Shown here: positions 23,501 through 35,500 of the stretch, in pieces
Layout of the letters: each line of letters starts with the position of its first letter
Numbering within the stretch: the stretch's first letter is position 1
Assembly: GCA_030390025.1 (NCBI GenBank)
Contig: CM059431.1
Location: 140,184,001-140,248,000, forward strand
Direction of reading: 5' to 3'
DNA length: 64,000 nucleotides
From: Squalus acanthias
Taxonomy: Eukaryota
The notes under the pieces: model-generated
Seen by the model: the letters and a program-made list of their open reading frames with translations, nothing else
Databases searched by the model: none
What the model was told of the DNA's origin: nothing
Translations under genes and position numbers: made by a program

Positions 23501-26500
23501 GCTACTGACTGTTCAGTTTTTCTGCTTCCTTCTCCTACACACGTTGACAGTCCGGTGACTGTCATTCGCCCCTACATCTCGAGAAGAGGGTGCGATGCTC
23601 AGACACATGGACTGCTGCAGTTAATGTCGGTCTATGTGGGCAACAGCGAGAAGGAGCCTCACCAATGGGCGCATCTTAATCAGTGAGGAAACAGCAATAA
23701 ATATAATGTATTGCAATTAAATTATCAGACATTCAATGGCCTGTATTTGCTGATTCGATAAAGACTGTAAAATCCCGACTTTCTCACAAGGATCAGTTCT
23801 AGATTCTCCAGTCCTTAGGGAATTACTAACCGATTCTCTTATTATTGGTCATATTTGTGTTGAATCTGCTGCTCTCTGGTTTAACTGAACTGTTTGCTTC
23901 CCTTCATTACGGAGCAACAACATAATCCGTGACTGTTCTACAATTCGCCCAACAGTTAGAGACAAATAAACAGTTACCTCAACACCCGGCATTTGTGCAG
24001 TACGGGTCCCAGCCGCTGGATTCCTTCACACTGAATGTGGGAGTTCACTAGATTGAGTTCATTTATTGTATCACAGAGTCCAATGACATGAGACAGGACC
24101 ACACAGTCAATCGGGGTCAATCTCAATCCCCCAAATTCAAGTGTTTCCACAGATCCCACTGTGGCCCGAGCCAGTGCTTTATTTTGAGACTCAAACAGGT
24201 AGTGGAATGTGTTCAGGAGGTCCCTTTTACCAGTTTCACTCCCCTTTTTTCCCATCTGTCCTTCAACCTCCTCTTTCACCCAGTCAATCACTCGGCATGT
24301 TGTTTGATGAAGAAATGGACCCAGAATCTCCTCCAGGGGCCGAGCTGCCTGTGCGGAGGAGAGACCTGCAACAAAACGGAGAAATATCTCAAATCGCCCA
24401 TCTTCCTTGCTGTGGGCTTCTCTGAGGAGTTTCAGGATGTCCCCGGGATCTGCAGTCAGGAATTGTGAGAGTGCGGCTACAAACTCTTGGATGGTGAGGT
24501 GCGGGAATGTGTACACCACGCTCTGGGCAGAATAATCTCTCTCCAAAAGTTCCATCATAAACCCAGAGAGGAACTGGGAAGGTTGCAGATTGCAACTGAT
24601 CAAATCTCCATTTCTAAACACAATCTTCTTCTCGGAGACTCCTGTGAAAGCCATTTCACCAATTTTCAGTAACTCATCTCGGGGCATTTCAATCTCTCGG
24701 CCATGGTTTTTCAGAATGTTGTAAATATAGTAGGAATATAGTTGGGTGATGGTCTTGGGAACTCGCTGCTGATTCCTGTCTCTTTGTGTAAAGAAGGGAC
24801 CCAGTGCCAGACCGAGGATAAAGCAGTAGGAAGGGTTGTAGCACATGGTGTACAGGATCTCGTTCTCCTCCACGTGTTTGAAAACAGCTGCTGCCACCGT
24901 CTGATCTTCAAAAAACTTGTTGAAATATTCCTTCCGTTCTTCACCAACAAATCCCAGGATTTCAGCCCAGATACTGATCTCAGCCTTTTCCAATAAATGT
25001 AATGCAGTGGGGCGGCTGGTCACTAGCACTGAACACCCTGGGAGCAGCTTGTGCTGTATTAAACTGTACACAATGTCAGACACTTCACACCAGCATTCGG
25101 GATCTGTGCACATGTGCTGAGGTTCTGTATTTCTCCGATTGTCAGCAAAATCGATCCTATCCTTGAATTCATCCAAACCATCGAATATAAACAGCAATCC
25201 CTCTGGGTTCTTCCAGAGCTCCCTAAGAATATTCCCAAAGTAAGGATACTGATCCAGTATTAGATTCCTCAGGTTTATTCTACAGTTAATAGCGTTCAAA
25301 TCCCGAAATTTAAAACTGAAAACAAATTGAAAGTGTGGGTATATTTTCCCAGTGGCCCAGTCATGAACAATCTTCTGTACCATTGTTGTTTTTCCAATCC
25401 CCGGGACTCCGCTCACTGCTGCTGAACTCCCCCACTCTTCACTCACTGCTGCTGAACTCCCAGAATTGGATCGCCGGAAGAAACCCTTCATTTTCAGGAA
25501 CAAACTTCCTCTCCGGGAAAAACTGCTCTGGAACAATTGATCAGTTCGGACTTTTTCCAGTTCTCTCCGGAGATGTTCCTCTCTCCACTCTTCATGGTCT
25601 CGGCCTCTTGCCAGCAGTTCATGTTCTACAAGTGTCCGATCTCGAACAGTAGAAATGACCGTTAGCTCAGCGAATCGATCAACCAGCTGGAAAACCTTAA
25701 CCTTCTCCTTTATTAGGATAGTGTTCACTCTCAATGTTTCAGTTTGTACCCGGAGTGTTTCCTTGTGTTTCTGTTGTACATCTTCAATTGGAACAGACGG
25801 AAAATGGTTCTCAGTATTAGTTGTATTGACATAAAAACAACTTCTCAATACCATTTCACCATTCAGTAAAATGATGCAAGATTTAATTGGCAGTTTCGAT
25901 AGAGATGCATATAGAAATTAAAACTCAGTTAGTGGCTGAGAACTGTTTCAAATACTCACTTGATTCTAATATTTACTGGGAAATATGGAATAGAATATCA
26001 GTGGGATAAGGACAGACTGTGAAAGGTCAAGTGTCCCACTGTTGCTGTATCAGAACGTGGGCAGGTTATCAGCGTTAATGTGTGAATTGAGAGTGGGACA
26101 CACTGTGAATGGTCAAGTGTCCTACTGTTACTGTATCAGACCTTGGACAGGTTATATAGGGTATTTTGAGAATTGTGAGTGGGACAGACTGTGAATTGCC
26201 AAGTGTCCCACTTTTATTGTATGAGACCTTGGGCAGCTTATCTGGAGCATTGTGTGAATTTTGATTTGGAAAGACTGTGAATGGTCAAGAATCCCAATGT
26301 TACTGTATCAGACCTTTGGTAGGTTATCTAGGGTATGGTGAGAATTGTCAGTGGGACAGACTGTGAATGGTCAAGTGTCCCACTGTTACTGTATCAGACC
26401 TTGGGCAGGATATCTGGGGTATTGTGAGAATTGTGAGTGGGACAGACTGTGAATGGTCAAGTGTCCCACTGTTATTGTATCATAACTTGGCAGGATATCT

Positions 26501-29500
26501 GGGGTATTGTGTGAATTGTGAGTGGGACAGACTGTGAATGGTCAAGTGTCCCACTGTTATTGTATCATAACTTGGGCAGGATATCTGGGGTATTGTGTGA
26601 ATTGTGAGTGGGACAGACTGTGAATGGTCAAGTGTCCCACTGTTACTGTATCAGACCTAGGGCAGGTTATCTGGGGCATTGTGTGAATTGTGAGTGGGAC
26701 AGACTGTGAATGGTCAAGTGTCCCACTGTTACTGGATCAGACCTAGGGCAGTTTATCTGGGGCATTGTGTGAATTGTGAGTGGGACAGTCTGCGAATGGA
26801 TGGACGTTCCACTCGGCGTTCTATTTAACCATTGGCTGAGTTTCCGACCCCATATCCACTCCATCACGAAGTCTGCCTACTTCCACCTCTGCCATATCGT
26901 CAGTCTCCACCCTTGCCTCAGCTCATCTGCTGCTGCAACCCTCATCCGTGCTCTTCATTACATCCGGACTCGACTATTCCAATGGCCTCCTGGTTGGCCT
27001 CCCACCTTACACCCTCCATAAACAAGCTCATTTAAAACTCTGCTGCCCATGTCAGAATTCGCATCAATCCTGTTTACCCATTACCCATGTGCTACATTGG
27101 CTGCCGGTCAGGCAACGTCTCGATTTAAAAATTGTCATTCTTATTTTAGCCCCCCCCCCCCCCCCCCCCGGTTATCTCTGCAACCTCCTCCAGCCACACA
27201 ATCCTCCGAGTTAACTGTGCTCCTTCAATTCATGCCCCTTTCGCATATCGGATTTACTTCGCTCCATCATTGGCGGCCGTGCCTTCAGCTGCCAGGACGC
27301 TGAGCTCAGGAATTCCCATCCTAAACCTTTCCTTCCCTTAACAGAAGGTTCACTGCAAATGTCTCAGTGTTTGGACGGGTTAACTGGGGTATTGTGTGCA
27401 CTGAGAGATGGACAGTCTGTGAATAGACAGGAGGTAAATTGTTATTGTTTCAGGACTTGCGCAGGTTATCCAGTGTATTGTGTACACTGAGAATGATGAT
27501 TTAAGGTATGACGTAATAAAGACTCACTACGCACTTGAACATAAAGCAAGGCTTTAATCAACTTGTAACAAAACATGGAGGTCTAGTTAGCAGTCACTCG
27601 CTTCCTGTTTCCAGATTGTCTCTGCCCAAGGTGGGCCCATGCCTGAGTATTTATACTCCCTGGACGGCGCCCCAGCTGGCCGCCCAGTAGTACTTCCTGA
27701 GTTGTTACTTGCGATTTATGACATTCTTCCTCCCTAAAAGGTTTGGAAGTCCAGTCTTCCTTTAACGGACTAGGCGGACCAGAAATAGCCGTAGACGTTT
27801 AGCTCTCTGCTTGTGACCGGAAGGCACGTCTCCCCGGACCGTGTCCTGGTCCCTGGGTCGCTTGGCCCGTACCGGTAAGTCAGTAGAGTCCGCGTCATCT
27901 TGATCATCCTGTGGAGGACTGGGAATATCATGACTCCGGGTGCGGGTCCCCACAGGTGCTGAGCTGGCCTCATCCCGGGTCGTGGCTGGAGATTGTCCGG
28001 CGTCCTGGTTTCGGGTGGCCATCCTACGGGGAGCGTCCAGCTCCCTGAGTTGATCCGGTAGCGTTGCCGGCAGATCCCCCGATGTCCCAAGCGGGGCATC
28101 ATTTTCATAGGGGTGCGGAGTGTTGATATCATTGTCGGGGGATCCTTCATCATTCGGGCCCGTATGACCGGTTGGGCAGGGAGCCAGATCTCGGAGCGAG
28201 ACGGTGGTCTCCCGGCCATCAGGGTACCGTACGTGCGCATACGTGGGGTTTACCTCCGTTAACTCCACCTCGTCATCGAGAGGGTCGTTTTTGGCAGACC
28301 GGACGAACCTCCGGAGTAGCACCGGGCCTGGAGCCACCAACCATGACGGTAGAGACGTCCCATGTGTAGAGCGACGCCGGAATTTGAAGAATCACTCATG
28401 AGGCGTGACATTAGTAGACGTGGAGAGAAGAGACCTGATAGAGTGTAACACGTCGGGGAGCACCGTTTCCCACTGCTGGTCCGGTAGGTTGCGTGACCTT
28501 AGTGCCAGACGGACAGCGTTCCAGATGATGGCATTGTATCGTTCAACCTGTCCGTTACCGATTGGGTGATATGGTGTCGTCCTACTTGAGGCGATTCCCC
28601 GTTGGGAGAGATAACTTTTAAGTTCACTCGACATAAAGGAGGGACCCCGATCAGTGTGGATAAAATTGGCCGTCCCGCAAAGGGAAAAGACCTGATCGAG
28701 GCATTTAATTACCGTAGAGGTAAGCATATTAGGGCAGGGGAAGGCGAAGGGAAAGCGTGAATACTCGTCCACCATCGTAAGTAGGTAGGTGTTCCTTGTC
28801 GACGAAGGCAATGGCCCTTTAAAGTCTATGCTGAGCCTCTGCATAGGCTGCATTGCATGTATGAGTAAGCCATCTGATGGGCGAAAGAATTGTGGTTTCA
28901 ATTCTGCACAAATCCTACAGGAGGAGCATGTTTTCTTTACGTCCTCGGTTGAAAATGGTAGATTTTTGGAGCGCACAAAGTGCAACATGCGGGTCACACC
29001 AGGATGGCATAAGTCCATATGCAAATCCGCCAGAGTCGACGTTGACATTGAGGAGCAAAATGCCCGTGTGAAGGTATCTGGGGCCACGTTCTGTTTGCCG
29101 GGTCGGTAACAGATAGTATATCCAAAGGCAGCCAGCTCCATCCTCCAGAGTTGAATTTTATTGTTTTTGATTTTCGTGCGCCTCCGGTTATCCAACATGA
29201 AGGCCACAGAGCGCTGGTCAGTTATAAGCGTAAAATGACGCCGAGCAAGAAAATGACCCCATTGGCGTACAGCCTCGATGATGGCCGTAGCCTCCTTCTC
29301 GACGGGGGGGTAATGGAGCTCGCTACCCTGCAAGGTTCTGGATAGGAATGCCACGGGTCGGCCACCTTGATTCAAGGTAGCGGAGATCGCCACCTCCGAT
29401 GCATCGCATTCGACCACAAAAGGAAGATTTTCGTCAATGGAGCGAAGCGTGGCTTTCTCCAGCTGTCGTTTGAGAAGGTTGAAGGCAGAAATAGCCGTAG

Positions 29501-32500
29501 CTTCCAATGGAAAAGACTTCGCATGGAGCAGGGGCTGTATTTTATCGGAGAAGTGTGGTATCCATTTTGCGTAATAAGCAAACATGCCAAGTGCCCGACG
29601 AAGAGAGCCGAGGTTCGTCGGGGGAGGGAGCTCCTGAAGTGGACGAAGTCGCTCTGGGTCCGGTTTAATAACACCGTTGCCCACCCAGTAGCCAAGAATG
29701 TTCACCGATGGCACCGACTTCACCGATTTGGATTCGTTTAACGTTAAGTGGCGACGGCGGAGTACGTCAAAAAATCTCTGAAGATTGGCGTCATGCTCCT
29801 TTTGATCATGGCCGGCAATAGTGATATTGTCTAAATACGGAAAGGTATCCGTCAAGTTCTCTTGCCGGACTAGGCCATCCATGGCCCGTTGGAAGACGGC
29901 CACCCCATTGGTGACCCCGAATGGAAGGCGGCGAAACTGGAAAAGCCGACCATTGGCCTCAAAGGCCGTATACTTCCTGTCGGAGTCTTGCAGTGGCACC
30001 TGATGGTACGCGCTTTTTAAATCGAAGGTCGAGAATACCTTGTATTTGGCAAGGTTGTTGACCATGTCATCTATGCGTGGCAGCGGGTAGGCATCCAGAT
30101 CGGTATATAGATTAATAGTCTGCGAATAATCGATACACAGACGTTTTTTATGTTGTTTTAAGGGATTCCTCACGATGACGACCTGAGCCCGCCAGGGAGA
30201 TGAACATGGCTCGATAATACCGTCGACTAAAAGGCGAGAGATTTCCGCCTCAATAAACGCTCGATCGTCTTGGCTAAAGCGCCGCGATTTGGTGGCTATG
30301 GGTTTACAGCGGGGGGGAAGATTGGCAAACAGGGAGGGTTCACCGAGTAAGGCCGCCGAGAGTGCACAAAACGGCACCTTAGAAATGGTAAGCTCCGGCC
30401 TTGACCCTCCAAACTCAAAAGTGATCTTCTTGTGCTGCTTCTGGAAGTCCTGTCCCAGAAGCACATCGCTGCATAAGTTTGCGAGTACTCCGAGCCGGGT
30501 GGAGAGATACGTGCGGCCGTTGAGGATGAGGTTGACCAGACAGAAGCCAGAAGAATTGGTGGTCAGAGTCGTCAGAGCCATTGCAATCTCCCTGTCCGAG
30601 GGATAAATGTGCAGTTTTAACCTGTTGACAGCCCGCTTACTAATGAAGCTGTCAGAGCTGCAGGAGTCGATTAGCGCGCTTAGAGTGTGCCCATTTACTG
30701 AAACCTTCGTGGCTGCATGGGACAAACTTTGGGGAAAAACAGCCGTGATGGGAGGAGGGGCAATTTTCCCTTCGGCAACTGTAGCCTTAACAGTAGTTCT
30801 TGGGGGAGGAGCAGCTCCACAGATAGCAGCTGTGAAGCTAACAGGAGCTCTCGACCGGTATACTTTAGAGGAGCGGCCTTTCTTGTTAGCAAAGGCCCGT
30901 GACTGGCATACCTTGGAAAAGTGTCCTTTCTTGCTGAAATGATTGCAGGTCACATTACGAGCCGGGCAAAATTTTCTGTGATGGCACGCCCCTCCACAAA
31001 AGAAACACTTTCTTCCTGATTGTCAGGATGCTGCTAGGGCGGGGTCGTCATCAGTGAAGGCCTCTAGGGTAGGGTCGTCGTCCGTTAGAGTAGAGTCAAC
31101 ATCAGTGGGGGCATCCGCCCGAGACCTACCGAAAGACTCATTAAAGGAGATAGCCGCCGCCCGTGCACGTGCTGGGAGATAAGTGTCTGCATTTTTCTTG
31201 GCCAAGTCCAAGGAACACGCCTGGTCATAAGCAGCCCGTAAATTGAGGGTTTTATTTTCCAGCAGGCGCTGACGTATAAAAGGGGACGCGATTCCATTGA
31301 TAAAGGAATCGCGGATTAGTTCCTCTTGATACTGTTCAGCTGTAACTGCTTTAAGGTTACAATCCTTGCTGAGCCTGCGAAGTTTCTGGAGAAATTCATC
31401 GAATGATTCCCCAGGCTGCTGCCGAGTTGTGGCCAGTAGGTGTCGAGCAAATATTTCATTTGGGGACTTGACATATAGCTGCTGTAAGATTTCGATAGCA
31501 GTGTCATAGACTATACAGTCCTCAATATAATCATACACATGAGGAGACACGTAGTTGATAAGCATTCGTAACTTATTAGGGACATCCGCCCCACATTCTT
31601 CAAGAAAGTTGCTAAAGGTACGAAACCAATGCTTCCATACCTTCGCTGCCGCAGGTGCATTCGGGTCCAGGTCGAGACGAGCGGGTCTAAGGAGTTTCTC
31701 CATGATGGATCAGTTTCTTGCCCTAGTTCCCTTCTGTGGTTCGAGTTGCAGCTGGTTGTTCCGAATCACCCAAAGCGTGGAGACGATATCAAGTTGATTA
31801 AATTGACGTAATAAAGACTCACTACGCACTTGAACATAAAGCAAGGCTTTAATCAACTTGTAACAAAACATGGAGGTCTAGTTAGCAGTCACTAGCTTCC
31901 TGTTTCCAGATTGTCTCTGCCCAAGGTGGGCCCATGCCTGAGTATTTATACTCCCTGGACGGCGCCCCAGCTGGCCGTCCAGTAGTACTTCCTGAGTTGT
32001 TACTTGCAATTTATGACAAGGTATTCAGAGTTTAGGCTGTGAAAAGATTTGATGAGTTTTGTTTGGTCACGAGACTTCGGTATTGAAATGTTTTAATGGA
32101 ATTCACAAAATTAATGGAGGAAACAGGCTCACAATAAGCAAAATAATTAATAATGGAGTGAATTGAAAGTCAGTAGTAAGAAGGTAAATCAGGGTACTTT
32201 TGTCACCCAAGTTAATAGATCGGCTGGACCAGTTGCCAGTGAAGGACAGTAAGGGGCCTCGTTAGACGGGGTAGGGACAATTGAAAGTATTTGTGTAGAT
32301 ACACGGAGAGGAGGGGCAGGTGGGTCATCTCTAAAACAGGGACAGGCTTATTTTGGGTCAAATACCCAGTTTCTGTACCTAATCATTCTCCTGTTATAAT
32401 GAGCCGGATTTTCCGATCCCACGGGCGCGTACGAGGTGTGTACGCACCCGTAGGCCTCGCAAGTGCCGGTTTCAGGCAATAGAAGTTCATGGGTTGAAAA

Positions 32501-35500
32501 CAGGCACTTCCCATCTGTCATAATCCGCCTGCCCGGGAGAAGTGCCTCTGCGGATGGAGAGTTGCGCTTTTTGAATAACTTCCGCCCGCTGAAAGGCCAT
32601 AGAATTCTTATGCCTGGTAAAAGCAGTGATGAAAAATAGAAAAATTAAATTTGATAACTCATTTATAAATTAAAAATACTCTTCAAAAAAAGGTAAGTTT
32701 ATTTTTAGCCCCGTAAAAATATTTAAAAAATTTTTCAAAAATTTAATTTTTATTTTTTTTAACTAAATGGAATTTTAGTTAATTTTAATTTAGTAATGTT
32801 TTTTTTAATGTATTTAATGTTTTAATGTGTTTTTAAATGTGATCTCCATTCATACTTTTGACAGTTCTGTGCGTACAGACCTGTCAAAAATATGAAGGAG
32901 GATTCCCGTCTTTGATTGGTTCGCCTAGCCCACGTGATCCCAGGGGCACACGTGATCCCAGGGGCGCTTGCGATCCGCATGCGTATCCGGAGAGGCCCAG
33001 GATCGCAAGCCTCTGGACCTATGGAACATTTAGGGAGGTTTGTACATTTTTCCGATCGGAGGCATCCGCACGAAGGAAGGCTCGCAATGGAAATTGAGGG
33101 CCATTGTTTTTCAGAAATTGCGAACAATTTTTTCAGCAGTTTCACACATAGGTTGATTGAAAGTGTTTTATAACAATCCGCTGTCATGTCACCGATTAGG
33201 TACAGAAATAGAACTATAGCCCACTTCACTCAATTTAATGTTAGAGCAGAAAACATTTACAGTTCATTTGAAATGTTCTACCATTAATTATACGCCGTTG
33301 TTTAATTTTGGTCTTAGTTTCCTATACTTCAGGTTTGGGAACTAACATATGTTTCCGTTAGTCATTACATTGGGTCTAAAAAGACTCGTGAATTGAAGGA
33401 CTATTCTTTGAGTAGAATAATGTTCGCTCTTTCACTGCATTTGGGAAGCTAGACAATGACCTCCTAGTCAGCCTGAACATTATGGCCCGGATTTTGCTGT
33501 AATAATAATGGCGAGACTTTCATCGCTCGCCGTTATTACTGGGCAAAATTGACAGCAACTTCTTGTGACCGCACATGCGCAGTTATAGGTGGAAATCCAG
33601 AAGTTGCTGTCAGAGATACCCTGCTCTTCCACAAGAGGCGCTGTTGCAGTCCTCGCCGATAGAGTCGGCATTGAAATCACTGCAATGGCGTAAACTTGGG
33701 GTACTTACCCAGTAGTTCCACACTAAAGACGGCTGAAAGATTTAGGGCGAGTGCATTCAGGGGTAAGTGAGTTTTTAAACGGAGTAATATGTGATAATTA
33801 CTGCTGAACAATCTTTCTGGCACAGAAAAAATAATTATAAATGTGTGGAGTCTCATACCCACAGAAGAAAATTAATGTTGCTGATTTAAAATATATATAT
33901 ATGTTTGGATATTTATTTTTCTGTTTGTCACCTTTATTTCTCTTCCTTAATCCCATGTATATTTCTCAAACTTTATTTCATTTTCTCTACATGATATAAA
34001 TGAAATTAATATTTTCTGTTTTATAAATCCTGGTTTGGAATCTGAATTTCTCAGTGAGGATACTTCCATGTGATTGGTTGAAGAGCCTCGCTGTTTCTTC
34101 GTCTTCTCACTGTCCACAGATCCCCTGTAGAGGGCTGGAAAAGACAACTGATGGCAGCATGTCTGTGCTGTAAAGATGGTCAAATCTTTGTGGGTAGCTG
34201 TCCACGTGCCTTTGACGCTGTTTTGTAATCCTGCAATGTGTGTGCGGGATTTTGCAGTGTATCGGGATGCTGCCAGGTCTGTATGGGGTTTCACGGTGTA
34301 TCGGGAGCCTGCAAAGTATGTATAGGGTTTTCACAGTGTATCAGGATCCTGCCAGGTGTGTATGGGGTTTCAGAGTGTATCAGGATACTGCCAGGTGTGT
34401 ATGGGGTTTCACAGTGTATCAGCATCCTGCCAGGTGTGTATGGGGTTTCACAATGTATCGGAATGCTGCCAGGTGTGTATGGGGTCTGACCGGGTATCAG
34501 AAACGTGCTAGGTGTCTATGGGGTTTCGCAGTGTATCATAAACCTGCCAGGTGTGTATGGGGATTCACAGTGTATCAGGATCCTGCCAATAGTGTATGGG
34601 GTTTCACAGTGTATAAAGATCAGGCCAGGTTTCCTGGAGTGTATACGGGATGGTTTCCTGGACCAATATGTCGAGTAACCAACTAGAGATCAGGCCATCT
34701 TAGACTGGGTATTATGTAATGAGAAAGGATTAATTAGCAATCTTGTTGTGCGAGGCCTCTTGGGTCAGAGCGATCATAATATGATCGAATTCTTCATTAA
34801 GATGGAGAGTGAAGTAGTTCACTCAGAGACTAGGGTCCTGAATTTAAATAAAGGAAACTACGATGGTATGAGGCGCGAGTTCGGTAGGATTGATTGGGGA
34901 ATGTCACTCAAAGGGTTGATGGTGGAGAGGCAATGGCAAGCATTCAAAGATTACATGAATGAACTACAGAATTTGTTCATCCCAGTTTGGCATAAAAATA
35001 AAACAAAAAAGTTGAATCAACCGTGGCTAACAAAGGAAATTAGGGATAGCATAAGATCCAAGGAAAGGACATATAAATTGGCCAGAAAAAGCAGAAAACC
35101 TGAGGATTGGGAGCAGTATAGGATTCAGCAAAGAAGGACAAAGGGATTAATTAAGAGGGGGAAAATAGAGTATGAGAGTAAGGTTGCGAGGAACATAAAA
35201 ACTGACTGCAAAAGCTTTTATAGATATGTGAAGAGGAAAAGATTGGTGAAGTCAAGCGTAGGTCCCTTGCAGTCAGAATCAGGGGAATTTATAATGGGGA
35301 ACAAAAAAATGGCAGACCAATTAAATACATACTTTGGTTCTGTCTGCACAAAGGAGGACACAAATAACCTCCCAGAGATGTCGGGGAACATAGGGTCTAA
35401 TGAGAAGGAGGAACTGAAAGAAATCAGTATTCGTAGGGAAATAGTGTTAGGGAAATTGACGGGATTGAAGGCCGATAAATCCCCAGAGCCTGATAATCAA

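Larger units (their letters stand above)
27509..32018 (-). mobile_element. Full-length Ty3/Gypsy LTR retrotransposon (4.5 kb)
   Basis: Two 215-bp TG...CA LTRs with 3 mismatches; 5-bp TSD AGGTA (27504-27508 and 32019-32023); PPT AGGGAGGAAGAA; domain order gag-PR-RT-RH-IN. Confidence 0.97.

Noticed and set aside
25782..25854. N-terminal extension of the 626-aa ORF (MVLRSCFY...)
   Set aside because: Lies upstream of the AG acceptor at 25782-25783 and is most likely intronic.
26000..26800. Palindromic repeats at regular spacing resembling a CRISPR array
   Set aside because: The intervening sequences are copies of one another, there are no cas genes, and the context is a vertebrate intron.
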